From positions 1 through 64,000 of the forward strand of contig OW569392.1 of NCBI GenBank assembly GCA_937625935.1: a stretch of 64,000 nt of DNA, in the 5' to 3' direction. Position 1 is the stretch's first letter. Every line of letters starts with the position of its first letter. The stretch is from Tetramitus jugosus (taxonomy: Eukaryota > Protista > Heterolobosea). Under the pieces are notes generated by a model, which ran no database searches, had not been told where the DNA came from, and was given only the letters and a program-made list of their open reading frames with translations. Position numbers and translations under genes: made by a program. Shown here piece by piece: positions 1-11,706 of the stretch.

Positions 1-748
1 CCAAACCCAAACCCAAACCCAAACCCAAACCCAAACCCAAACCCAAACCCAAACCCAAACCCAAACCCAAACCCAAACCCAAACCCAAACCCAAACCCAA
101 ACCCAAACCCAAACCCAAACCCAAACCCAAACCCAAACCCAAACCCAAACCCAAACCCAAACCCAAACCCAAACCCAAACCCAAACCCAAACCCAAACCC
201 AAACCCAAACCCAAACCCAAACCCAAACCCAAACCCAAACCCAAACCCAAACCCAAACCCAAACCCAAACCCAAACCCAAACCCAAACCCAAACCCAAAC
301 CCAAACCCAAACCCAAACCCAAACCCAAACCCAAACCCAAACCCAAACCCAAACCCAAACCCAAACCCAAACCCAAACCCAAACCCAAACCCAAACCCAA
401 ACCCAAACCCAAACCCAAACCCAAACCCAAACCCAAACCCAAACCCAAACCCAAACCCAAACCCAAACCCAAACCCAAACCCAAACCCAAACCCAAACCC
501 AAACCCAAACCCAAACCCAAACCCAAACCCAAACCCAAACCCAAACCCAAACCCAAACCCAAACCCAAACCCAAACCCAAACCCAAACCCAAACCCAAAC
601 CCAAACCCAAACCCAAACCCAAACCCAAACCCAAACCCAAACCCAAACCCAAACCCAAACCCAAACCCAAACCCAAACCCAAACCCAAACCCAAACCCAA
701 ACCCAAACCCAAACCCAAACCCAAACCCAAACCCAAACCCAAACCCAA
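1..748. repeat. Terminal telomeric array (CCCAAA)n, i.e. TTTGGG on the G-strand
   Basis: Uninterrupted hexamer repeat from base 1, with the C-rich strand at the 5' end as expected for a left chromosome end. Confidence 0.97.
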
Positions 749-918
749 GTCAAAATCCACTTTCTCATCAAAACCACAAAACCATCTTGAAATCCATTTT
801 TATGCAGGAATACAATGTCAACCATTGTAATCTTGTATTGTATTCCTTCTTCCTTGCTAGTACTACATCTTGAAACATACAGTTATTTACTCGTTGTCCC
901 ACCCTCGGCAGAGTGCTC

Positions 919-1068
919 CTGCCATTGTATTTCACATTGAACTCCTTCATAAATCTACGGTCATATACATGTAGGTGTGTTGTATTCCTTCTTAATCCGT
1001 TACAATCACTTTCCTCATTGGTCGAAATTTTACTGGAGCCAAAAAGCTCCACTGGCCATTGGCCTGAG
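919..1068 (+). repeat. ~150-bp subtelomeric segment duplicated (diverged) at ~2574-2726
   Basis: ctgccattgtatttca..ttgaactccttca and ctcattggtcgaaatt..ccaaaaagctccactg are shared by both places. Confidence 0.85.
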
Positions 1069-1230
1069 AAGAACAGGTGGAGCCAAAAAGCTCCACCAGA
1101 AAAACTCTACCTATCAGAACAAAGCTCCACCAACAAAATTAGGCAGAGCCAAAAAGCTCCACCAGAAAAAAGCTCAGTCACACAAGAAAAGTTCCTTAGT
1201 AATTTTAGGTGGAGCTTTTTAGCTCCACTG
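1036..1230. repeat. Cluster of short GGAGC..GCTCC(ACC) inverted/direct repeats (stem-loops)
   Basis: GGTGGAGC-CAAAAA-GCTCCACC (1076-1097), GTGGAGC-TTTTTA-GCTCCAC (~1209-1228), plus further AAAGCTCCAC copies. Confidence 0.8.
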
Positions 1231-1407
1231 GAAACCCAACTTGAAACCCAACTGGATACATGTACTTTGCAGAACAGTTCAACAACAACAACATATTTTT
1301 TATTGATAAGCTTAGTTTGAGGGTTTCAGAGCATGACAAACACGATGAGTACTATTTCATCCAACTACGGGTTTGGGTTATACAATATTGGTTTGTCTTT
1401 ATGTCAC

Positions 1408-1445
1408 AACCCAAACCCAAACCCAAACCCAAACCCAAACCCAAA
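1408..1445 (+). repeat. Interstitial telomeric tract (~6 x CCCAAA), same polarity as the terminal array
   Basis: Direct reading. Confidence 0.92.
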
Positions 1446-2854
1446 TCGACATTAAATTTTTTTTTCCTACCTAAAAATTCAAAAGGTTTACCAACACATT
1501 TATCTGTCTATTTTTCATCCAGATTTCGAAGATTCACCTTCTTTATCTATGTTTAATGAGTATGTTGGTTCACTTCGATCAGTGCATAAGAGATTCGGCT
1601 TTATGCTCTTTTGTACATCAAAATACCTTCGTGCCTTGCACCCTCCATCGTTCTGTAATGTTTTTTGATTCTTTACAATAGCATAAGTAGATAACATGTT
1701 TTTCTATTGTGATTCACTTCATGATACTTCTTAACTATTGTTGCCAGCGCTGAATTTCTTCTTCCGCGGATTGGTGTGTAATCAAGACTTCTGTGCTGAC
1801 TTTGAAATGTCTTTATTCAACTATTGAGTCATTTACCTCGTAGTTTGAAGTTTATGTATCATGATTCATGTTAATACCTGGTTGATTACTTGTGTTTTTG
1901 GTTCAATATCATCTCGGAACTGTTGCATGCTGCAGGAGAATGAAATTGTAACAAATCATGGACTTACTCTTGTAAAGCATAGTAGGAGGCTTAAGAACAC
2001 TCTCGGTAGCAGAGAATCTATGTTCACTTCACTCTTGCACCAATCATGACATAAAATTGAGGTTGGGCAAGGGTTTATAAGATGGTTGGATACAGATTGA
2101 ACCTCTGACAGGCATTCTCAATGTAAATAACTTCAGAACCAATAGATTACGAACATGTATGATAATTAGGACGTAGAAAGGCTCTGAGTCCTGAACAGTC
2201 AAAAAGACAAAAGGTTGGGTAAGGGCTTATACACTCGTTGGAGGAGAAGTCAACCCTAAATGTACTTTTGACATAATTAGTTCGCGATTCAACAGAGATT
2301 CAATTGAAGATTCATTGAATGACTACAGAGTCCCCTACGACCTATTCTGTAGATATACAATCAAAAAGTAAAAAAGAGTGGGATTTGGGTTTATATGCTG
2401 GTTGGAGGTCGATGCAACCGAAATCTGCTTTTCAACAGAAGCACTTGCACTTTAGTACAGATAGATCAGAAAGACATCAAATCAAACTACTTAAAAATCA
2501 GGTTGCGGCGTATCTATAAATCGTAATTAGTAGTCACAGATCATGATCAAGACAAAATATAGTTAACTATTGACTGCCATTGTATTTCAGGTTGAACTCC
2601 TTCACAAGTCTTCTGTTATATTCATGTTGCTGTATTGTATTCCTTCTGAATTCGTTGTAATCACTTCGCTCATTGGTCGAAATTCTTTGCTGGATCCAAA
2701 AAGCTCCACTGACAAATGACCTGAGATGAAATACAGGAAATCATTTCACGGTCCTGGACCGTGAACCTCCCAGTTCGTTGAACCTCAATATCTCCTTTTT
2801 ACTCCCTCAACCTATAAGCCACAACTCAACCGAACTCAATTTTTTTTTTTTACA

Positions 2855-2947
2855 CTAAACTGTAAATTTCAACGCTCTGATACCAAATACAGCAAAATTC
2901 TCGGGTTTTCCTTAACAACAAGACAGACCCAAACCCAAACCCAACCC
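2855..2947 (-). repeat. ~87-bp block (copy 1) containing a perfect tRNAiMet PBS motif TGGTATCAGAGC (2885-2874), ending in telomeric repeats
   Basis: Plus-strand gctctgatacca at 2874-2885; near-identical block at 11622-11706; CCCAAA tract from 2928. Confidence 0.8.
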
Positions 2948-3137
2948 AGATAAAAATATGATAAATATAGCACAGATATATCGGCTCTACGAGCTGATAA
3001 AGCTCCAATAGAGTTGAAAATTACACCAAACTCTTCAACTCAGTCAGTTGAAGCTTTTAGAGCAGTAAAAAATCTCAAAAAACAACCTGCCTAAAAAGGA
3101 AACGTTTAAAAAAGCAGGTTATTTAAATACTGCGTAC

Positions 3138-3158
3138 CCCAAACCCAAACCCAAACCC
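3138..3158 (+). repeat. Interstitial telomeric tract (3 units); further short tracts at 3586-3597 and 3691-3705
   Basis: Direct reading. Confidence 0.85.
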
Positions 3159-3747
3159 ACATAGAGTGTTCTCAACAAAGAGTGTACTCGGCAAAGTGTT
3201 CATAAGAGGACAGAAGTGTTCATTATTTAGTAGTGATTAAACTCAAGCTTTCTTGCTCTCATCCATGCAAAGCAACAAGTATATAAAAGGGTATAGAGTC
3301 CATTGAAATGGTCTCCCGGTCATTCCAACAAGAATCTGACTCCATTCTTAGGAAAATCTAGAATTGATCAAAAAAATAGTGAGATTTGTCCTTGGAGTGA
3401 GCAGAGACAAAAAAAATCAAGAAGTCATGCATTGTTCGCTTGAAGCTCACAAAGCAAAGAAATCTATCATGTTATGCATTGCTCGCTGATGCTCGCAAAG
3501 CATCCGCTTTTTTCTATAACGCCTGCGTCTAACGCCGCAGGCAAATTCCTTAGGGTTGGTTTTGCCAAAAAAAAAATTTCATAAGCCCAAACCCAACCTT
3601 TAGTACAAAAAAAACACCAAAATGCTCCTTTAAAGGAGCTCTTTACAATAGAAGAAGTTGTAAATGGGATGGGAAAAGGCTTCCGACAGACCCAAACCCA
3701 AACCCCACCCATTGCCAGCTAACGCTGTCAGTGCAGGGATCGCTCGT

Positions 3748-4430
3748 TTACCTAGTCTCTCCGGTGCAGTGCTTGTGTAACACCAAACCCTCACCATAAA
3801 CTGTTCCATCGTACACATCGTCGGAAGTTCTTGAATGACGATTCGATCTCTTCAAACGGTAGTGTTGTGCCAGGTGGTAGAACCCCTCATCAGCTTTTAG
3901 TAGGTTGATAAACTGTTGTGATGGGATCGCCCCATAGAAACGATTCCATCTTACAGTCTTTTTGACATGATTCACATGTTCCACATACCAAACGATGTTC
4001 TCTGCAGAAGTAAATCTTCTTCATCGGTAGATGGCTCCGAGAAAACTTTGAAAAATTGATGTTTTGACGTGGCTAGTTTGTTTCCAGCAGGTAGAAAGTC
4101 TTGAAGAAAATTCAATAGAGAATCTACTTTGCACGAGAAATTCCTTGTTGAACAATAAAGAATAGTATTAATGTATGCTTCGTAGATACTGTAAGGCAAA
4201 TTTGGTGATATCTTCTCCTCCCATCGGTTTGAATAACTATAAAGTAGTTCCAACTCTGACCGTTCGTCGATAGTATTGAGTTTACTATCAAAAAGTGTTT
4301 CAGCCAGGTGAATATCTTGCAATTTGAATAGAGTTTCATATTTATCAATGAACTGATTCTCCGTATCGATAGTACAACTTGCAATTGGAACAGGGAAACC
4401 ACATTCTTGAAAATGACAATCATCGCACAT
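3748..4430 (-). pseudogene. Frameshifted, truncated En/Spm (CACTA/Mirage)-like transposase N-terminal remnant
   Basis: LLNFLQDFLPAGNKLATSKHQFFKVF resembles the CACTA LP.GN.LP.S motif; next frame has DDVYDGTVY (D.YDG.VY motif); catalytic core absent. Confidence 0.55.
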
Positions 4431-4880
4431 GGAAATATCACATTCAGTTTCTTCTTGAGATGAGAGAAGAGATCCTTTCAGCTTTTTCTTGATGATCCAT
4501 TAAATTTAAGTTGTATAAAATTTTCTTTGCTCGTCGTTCTTTCATTTTTCTGCCGTTGATCTCTGATTGTTGAATCTTACCTTACTGATGTGACTTAAAT
4601 TAATATGAGAAAGTCCTTTCTATTTATGAGACAATTCACTAACTTTAGTTGTCCTTAGATTTAAATATTTTCAAGTTGGGATCTGCAGGTAGTTTTACCA
4701 ATTTCAAAAACAAACATGCCAATTCAGTTTAAATTTCTTTCGGTAGATTGCTCCCAGTTGGTTGTTCCCACTATTTCGCAACGCGGACACCACCACTTGC
4801 TCCTACCACGTAATCCAAGGATTTGTAGAAGAAAAACCAAATACCCTATGAAATGATACTTGATTGCAAAGAGTCGTCCA

Positions 4881-6030
4881 TTAGAAACCAACATTCTTGT
4901 GCTTGGCTATAAGAGGTGTAAGCTCCTTCAGAAGTTGAAGGAAGTTTATCCTTTCCTTCGAACGCCCAATCAGCCGATGGTTGAACTCTCTATGAATCAA
5001 ATGAGATGGTTGTCGAAGGTTCTTGATCTGGGGTGAAATGAGTGAAATTTCTCTTTTTATTGTTGCTTCCGTGTTTGAAGAGAGTGAGTCACCTCCAAGC
5101 ACAAACTCTGCTGCAACTACGAAATTATAGGCGATATGGTAATTTCCAGTTTTATCATCCTTCTTGACATTGCAATGTGCAATACTCTCTTGATTTCTGA
5201 GTGATATCTCATCAAATTAATCTTTCTTAACTACCGTGGACCTCCTATTGTTTTTTCTCTGGGTTCTGGGTGGGAAATGATATTCGTCAAACATAACTTC
5301 GGGATTCTTTTGAAGAATTTCCGGGAATCTCTTCTCTGTCACTGTCAATGTATGAGGCTTGTAGGTGATGTCTGGTTCTACAAGCCACTGTAGCATCATT
5401 TCCACAAAACTTGATGTTCTTGAAATTCCTGTGCCTTCATCTACGGAATCGCTCCCCTTTCTTTGCTTGTTGCTGGATGATAGGTTCTCTTCTCTTGGTC
5501 GTTTTAGAGGTGATTGTTCTAAAGAAATCCCTTGCGAATTGTCCTGCGAAACGATAATGGTTTCTTTCTCTTTGACCTCCATTTGCTCTATTGAATTTTT
5601 GATCTTTGAGATTATCTGATCAATGGATTGGTTATTCCCTTCTCCAACAGGAACAATTCAATTGCGTTATACCTACCCTTCCCAGACAAGTGTTCAGATA
5701 ATTCAAAGGCTTTCTTCAGGTTTTCCTCCATAGTCTTGAACAAGCTTGGTACCAGGAGCTTGAGATAATTGCATGATGTTAATCAGCTCCTCCATCTGCC
5801 TGTCAATTATTGAGTTTCTACTAGGAGCACAGGGACTGCTCTTCCATATTCTTTTCCATTCTCTTGATTGGTTCGACTTGTCCCGCCTTATATCTCAAGG
5901 CAGGTCAACCTTGGAAAATATTTCAAGGCAAGGAATTTGGCTTGTGACAAGTGACAGAAAAATTGTGACACAGTCAACACAGAAGCATATCAGAGCAAAG
6001 AGCATACATTTTACAGATATTACTCAGTGA
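4881..6030 (-). pseudogene. Broken ORF remnants downstream of the integrase, including a degenerate PHD-finger-like Cys cluster (~5941-6024)
   Basis: Minus frame reads SNICKMYALCSDMLLC*LCHNFSVTCHK; ORFs 5217-5582 and 4881-5102 are same-frame pieces separated by a stop. Confidence 0.35.
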
Positions 6031-6113
6031 GATTCCTTCTCCTTCTCTTCGTTACCGCCTTTCTTGACGCCTTTCTTGAAATAACAGGTGTGACAGCAGA
6101 ATCATCGCTATCA

Positions 6114-7967
6114 TCACTGATATCTTGTTCTTGCACTCTCTTTCGCTGTAGCTGTTGTGGATGGTGTGGGATCACATATCTTTGCAAGTGGTACAGTACA
6201 ATCTGTCACAGAATCAACTGGATCATTGTCTTTGATCAAAGGAGATGTACCTTTAGCTCCAGCAGACAGCAAAGCAAAGAAGACCATTGCAGCATTTGGA
6301 ATTGGCAGACGACCAGAGAAAGGACCAGAGAGAGAACCAGAGAGAGAACCAGAGAGAGTGTCAGGGGCAGATGTTGGATCTAAATCTCCAGATGATAGTT
6401 GCTGCAAGGCATTATCAAGAATATCATCCAATTGACTCTGATCACAAGTATCTTGCAATGGATCATCATCATCGTTCAGATAATCTTCAGCAGTATATTC
6501 TGATGTTACTGGAGCTTGCAGATCTGGAGCTATCTCAGTGTACTTGTCATATCCCAATGAAAACAGCTTCATGTCACTTGTTGAGATGTGGTATGTTGTT
6601 GTAGTGTGTGGCTTCTCACTCTTCGTAAATCCACCTGTTTCCATCCACTCAACTCTCCACTTATCCAATATTTTCCCCATGACGATCTGCTGACTGACAA
6701 GCTTCGCTTTCCTACCCCAGACAAACTTCTCCTTACTCCTGAATCTCATAGGTACTCTGATCAGAACCACAGCATCTTTGTGATACTTTGCAACGCGCTT
6801 ACCTCTGATCTTACGTGCTGCATCAGCTTCTCCTCTTGCAATAGTTCTATCTCTAATCAATTTGATAGTATATAATCTCTTCAGTGCTTGTTCTTCTGTA
6901 AGATCTGACTCCTTCAAGACATAACATGCATTCCAGGCCTCCATTGGAGTCATACCAATAGTAGAGTGTTTGTTCCTGTAGTTGTAGGCATCAATCACAC
7001 TGCTGTGTTCTGTAGTCCAGTGCTGGGTATCCAGCTCCAACAAGCGACAATTGATCATATCTTTGATCGTTTTGTTAGGACGTTCAATGACTCCCTGACA
7101 CCTTGGCGTGTATGCAGGTCCTTGCTTCTTCACAATACCATACAGGGCACAAGTTTCCACAATGCAATGTGCTATGAATTCTCCACCATTATCTGATCTG
7201 AGATACATAACTCTAGTGGGATCTTCCCCTTCTTCCAATACTTCCAGACCAATCTGTTCAAATACATCAATCAGAAATGCCTTCACATGAATTGATTCCT
7301 TGCTCGTAATTGGTTTACTCCATAATCTCTTGGTCAGATGATCAATCATATTGCACATGCCCATAAATCGTCCATCTCTTATCATAAATGTCAGATCTAT
7401 GTAGAAATGTTGACCTGCAAAATCTGCCACCACCGAATGAATTGCCTCTGTTGTCTTCTTGGCTCCCTTACGAGCACAAATTTCACATGATCTGGAAAAA
7501 GTCTCACTAAATGCTTGCATACCAGGCCACATAACAAGATCCTTATGGAACTGAGCTAAGAGAGCTTTAGTACCAATATGGTTAACATGATGAACTACTT
7601 TCATTATGTTGTGACGATCAGTGACTCGAGGTATGTAATGCCATTCACTATTCACTGTCTTCTCAGTTGTCATAATAGATTGATCAAAGTCATTGTTGGC
7701 TCTAGCCTTCTTCTTCTGTTCATCTGTTACACCATGCTTAAATACAGGCACCATGTCTGAGATATGTACTCTGTAGAATAACTTCCCTTCTTCAAATTTA
7801 ACACGTGCTCCTGTAGTTTTGTTGAACTCTCTCTGTTGCTCCTGACTGACAGTAGACCAATCGATACTGTCATACGCGTTGTAATAACCTGTTACTTTCG
7901 ATTCAGCTATACACCTGCGAACCTTCTCTCTCTTCTTCTTTGGTTGAGAATTTGCTGTTTGACTCAT
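6114..7967 (-). mobile_element. Retroviral-type DDE integrase/transposase (HHCC zinc domain + rve core), Ginger-like, no RT
   Basis: H..H..C..C in VHHVNHIG...WPGM...CEIC; catalytic D (FYID), D (RSDNGGEF), E (QGVIER); YN...HSTIGMTP; N-terminal GYY...EGKLFY similar to the Ginger YPYY motif; open 617 aa. Confidence 0.9.
6311..6358. repeat. 12-bp tandem repeat (accagagagaga-like x~4) encoding LSGS repeats in the integrase tail
   Basis: Direct reading. Confidence 0.75.
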
Positions 7968-9269
7968 GTTGTTGTCCTGACTATGTTGATGCTGCTATGA
8001 TGATGTTGTTGTGTTTCTTTCTGTGTGTTTGTAACGGTAATATTCTGGTGCGTTCCATGATCAGTGAGTTTATTGAAGTTCAATGAACTCATTGAAGGTG
8101 AAACCATTGCCTTGAGAAGTTTCAAGGTAATGTTTGCCTTAATATTGTAAGGCACGACACGACTATCAATTCGTCTGTTATTCGTTTTTGTTTTATCTTC
8201 TTAGCCCTACTTCCAAGTAGTGAGGCCAACTCATTGTCAATATCCTCCATGGTGGTGCTATCCAAACTGGGACTCTCTGTAGACTCATCAATAGCTATGA
8301 GACCAGGTGAAGCTTCCATTTTATTTAGAAAGCTACTCTACCTCGATAGTCATTCTTTGTGTTTCAGTATCGAAAAACGGTCAGTTGGACTTTTTTTTTG
8401 GCCACTCGAAGAACTGGAGGTTGGGTCCTTTTTTGGACTTAGAATCTGTTGGTGTTTCTTTGAGACTTAAAATATCTTTCAGGGCCACCGCAACTCCCTT
8501 TGTGGTCAAGAATTCTTTTTTGATGTAGCCATCGACCATGGCTGGTTTAAACTTGGACATAATCCAAAAGGGCATTGCTTCCAATTCCTTCAGATCTTTA
8601 CTTCGAAATGATGGAAATCAAATCCAAAATTGAACTGTCCTTGTTATAGGCAACAGTGAGATTAACAAGAATTTCCCCCACTCGAATCTCGCGAGCGAAG
8701 GAATTGAGCTCCGATCCCACTGGCTCTCTTGATTTACAAATAGTTTTTGTCCTTCTTCTTTGGTTGGTCTCTTTCGTACTGCGTATCTCATGCAAGCCAC
8801 TGTTGAAACTGTCTTGCTCAATGTTTCGAACTTCTTGTCATCAAGACTTACCAAGTCTTTTACTTGTGTGCTGTCTTCCGTGATTGTCTTGTTCGGATCA
8901 AGACGAAAAAGAGTCTTCTTTAACCAAGCAACATTTTTTTGTGTATCTTTATCCAACCCCACTTTTCATACTCTTCTTGGAGTGCAGAAATTTCTTGATT
9001 CCTCTTCATCACAGTGTCCTTAGCCTCTAGTAACTTATTCTGCAGTTGACTGTTGTCGAAGACTTCTTGCCAACTTTGTTTGGAGTGTCTTGATTGGGTA
9101 TTCTATCATTGGGTGCTTGTTCATGACATGTTAGTACATTGATGTACTTTCTTGGAGATAGAACGAGTAACGTTGTTTTTTGACAGATAAATGTGTCACT
9201 TAGAATTTTAGTGTGTGACCGAAGGTGAACAATTCTGGTCACACGTTCACGTGTTCCCTCCTAAGCATT

Positions 9270-9845
9270 GGTCCGTTCTCTGCTCAACAAGTTTGGCTCT
9301 TTTGCCCCACACAAGTCGCTTGTTGGCTCTGTACTTCATTGGCACCCTCACAAGAACAACGGTACCTTCAGAGAGAAGTTTTGCCCTCTTTTTCCGGCGC
9401 GTCTGGTTGCATCTGCTTCACCTCTGGCAAGTGTTTGACTTTTGATTTCCCGATTGTGTACAATCTCATGGCGGCAGCCTCTTCATTCAATGTACTCTCA
9501 TCCAGGACGAATGTACGAGCCCAAGCTTCATTTGGAGTCATGCGAGTGGTGGAGTGAACAGTATTGTTGTATAATTCAATGGCGTTATCATGGCTCCTTC
9601 ACCCAGTCAGAGTCATTGTTAACGGCATTTTTCATCCGAAGAACAACACTCTTATCAAATTTCACCGTCTGACACTGAGGACAATTGTACGATAGAACGA
9701 TTCTACGTCAGCTTGCATTCCAGTCCATCCAGTTAAGCCTCTGTGCATCAATGATTGCATTTTTGTTCCAACATGATGCGATTCATGGAACTCGCGTAAG
9801 ACATCATTCCTCTCACTCATTCTTGGAATCCAGTGTCATTCGCTT
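9270..9845 (-). pseudogene. Second, diverged integrase paralog: HHCC domain + C-terminal region, catalytic core deleted, frameshifted
   Basis: E*HWIPRMSERNDVLREFHESHHVGTK..GWTGMQADVESFYRT/CPQC aligns with EWHYIPRVTDRHNIMKVVHHVNHIGTK..MWPGMQAFSETFSRSCEIC; YNNTVHSTTRMTPNEAW..RLYTI..TLARGEADA..VVLVRVPMKYRANKRLVWGKRAKLV aligns with the intact copy. Confidence 0.85.
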
Positions 9846-9849
9846 CTTC

Positions 9850-11034
9850 TTGTGATTGCTGCTAGGAATGCTTTTCTCGGCCCGACTCAAATCAGTAAAA
9901 TCAGAATTATCAAGTTCATTGTAATACTTATTGACAGATAACTACTTGTCTCTTGGTTGCTATAGTTTTAGACATGGTTTGATCCTTTTGTTTGTTGTGG
10001 ATTTCAATGTTCGTAACGGTTTTATTTTTTGACAGTTGAAGGTGATGTACTTGCCTTGAAAGTTTTGGCGCCAAATAGGCATTCCTTTGCCTTGAAATTT
10101 CAAGGCGTGATAATTCTGAATTGAATGCAATGACAGACTGAAAGAAGCTCTGAGAATGAACGAGTATACATTCATCATCAATATGTAGAACACGAAGATA
10201 AGGCATGAGCATCAACACTACTTTTGTACCATTGAATTCCTGATCCGGTAACTACTCTGGACTCTCTTCAACAAGTTCACTTTTGGTAACACGAAGGTGT
10301 CTAGCTTTCCTCCAAAATGTTGTTGCAACAAACGTGATCGTATAGCATTCAGTCTGTCTGTATTGACGAGAGAAGGACATATGTTGGCAATTCTATTGCT
10401 TACTTGTATATCAGTGGCGGTCATACTTGGTCTTGCAAGAACATAGCTTTCAATAGATCTTGGTACTTTACTGAACAACATCCCATATGTCTTTCTCCTC
10501 ACCCTCTTTGACATTAATTTGGTAATTGAGGGTTTTTCTTTTTGACGACAAAGCACAAAAAAATCTGTTGTGTTTTTGGTTGTGTCTGCACATTTTTTGA
10601 CTCTCATCTTGAACAACGATTTGAACACCATTTTTTTCGTAGTACAGGTCAACGAGCATATCATCCCACATGCCAGACATTCATCTGTACTTGATTCGAA
10701 GCATAACTAACATATGACAATACCTGTTCTTTGGCCACATCATTGTTTCTAGTACCAGCCGTTTGGTACTTATCATTCGAAGATAGTAATGATTGACCTT
10801 CCTGAATATTTTCAGGAAGTTCATCATTGGAAAGAACCGTACTGGATCTCTGATACATCTGTTACTACTTGAGGTTGTACAAGATGAAGAGCCTCTCATA
10901 ATTACCTCGTTTAGGTCTTGATGACTTATTGGTTCTAGAATACGCTCATTTAGGGAGATTGATGCTATTTCTTTGGGGGATATACTAACGGTTCTGTTGG
11001 TATCGTTGGGGCTAGTTATACTAACTTGAAACAT
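9850..11034 (-). pseudogene. Multiply frameshifted Mutator (MULE/MuDR)-like transposase remnant
   Basis: LRVLHIDDECILVHSQSFFQSVIAFNSE resembles the MULE first-D strand motif; (S)GRE/KAFLAAI resembles SDRxKGLxxAI; upstream fragments are collinear. Confidence 0.4.
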
Positions 11035-11621
11035 ATGTTGTAGAGTTGGTTCATTTTGTGTTTTTGTTTTGGTTGAGTGTTTGATTATAGTGCATCAATT
11101 GAAAACGTCCAGGTCCACAGCTATTCTCCTCCACTCTCGTTTGGTAGGGAGAAGTCTTACATCAGAAGGTGAATTAAGTGGAGACTGTTGATCCTCGCTC
11201 GAAGTCTGTACAGATTGCATGACAATATCATGATCAGTTTGAGAATTAGTGGTATTATCAGTCGTCGTCATATTGTTTGATTTTTTGCTTACAACTTCAA
11301 CAAAACCAATGAACGTTCAATCTCGTGTGAACATACGCACACAATGTATCAACTCTGCGTTCTCGTCGATTGGATTCTTAAGCAAACCACAACATTTATG
11401 TTTGTTTGGTGAAACTTATGTCTTGTGCATGTTGTACTCCATGATGTATATCAATGAAGATGCATCAACCAATCTAACAATGATTCTAACAAAAAACAAC
11501 TCTTCTATTTTATGATCTTTTGAAATCAACAAGTCTTCTCCTTAGAAAATCAGTTTTTTGTAATCTATGTCCTTACATTTACTTAGACTGGTACACAATC
11601 AGTCCTCTATCTGGTGAAACT

Positions 11622-11706
11622 CTAAACTGTAAATTTCAACGCTCTGATACTAAATACAGCAAGTTCTCGGGTTTTCCTTAACAACAAGACAGACACAACC
11701 CAAACC
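11622..11706 (-). repeat. ~85-bp block (copy 2) with an 11/12 PBS motif (TAGTATCAGAGC), ending in degenerate telomeric repeat
   Basis: Direct match to 2855-2942. Confidence 0.8.

Noticed and set aside
1036-1230. CRISPR-like array
   Set aside because: Repeats are short, irregularly spaced, in both orientations, in a eukaryotic context with no cas genes
913-1556. ORFs 913-1320 and 1260-1556 (QKAPP and PKPKPK repeats)
   Set aside because: Translations of the hairpin cluster and interstitial telomere repeats
2855-2885. tRNA gene (ACTGTAAAT loop and CCA end)
   Set aside because: No cloverleaf, D-arm or TTCGA T-loop; better explained as PBS complement
2983-3030. Hammerhead-ribozyme-like string CTGATAA-AGCTC-CAATA-GAGTT-GAAA next to a telomeric tract
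   Set aside because: Core G8 is A (C3-A8 mismatch) and no convincing stem I/III with a UH cleavage site could be built; at best a decayed relic
2855-11706. Complete LTR retrotransposon or Polinton
   Set aside because: No gag, protease, RT (YxDD), RNase H, PolB, packaging ATPase or capsid motifs seen; direct repeats lack TG..CA ends
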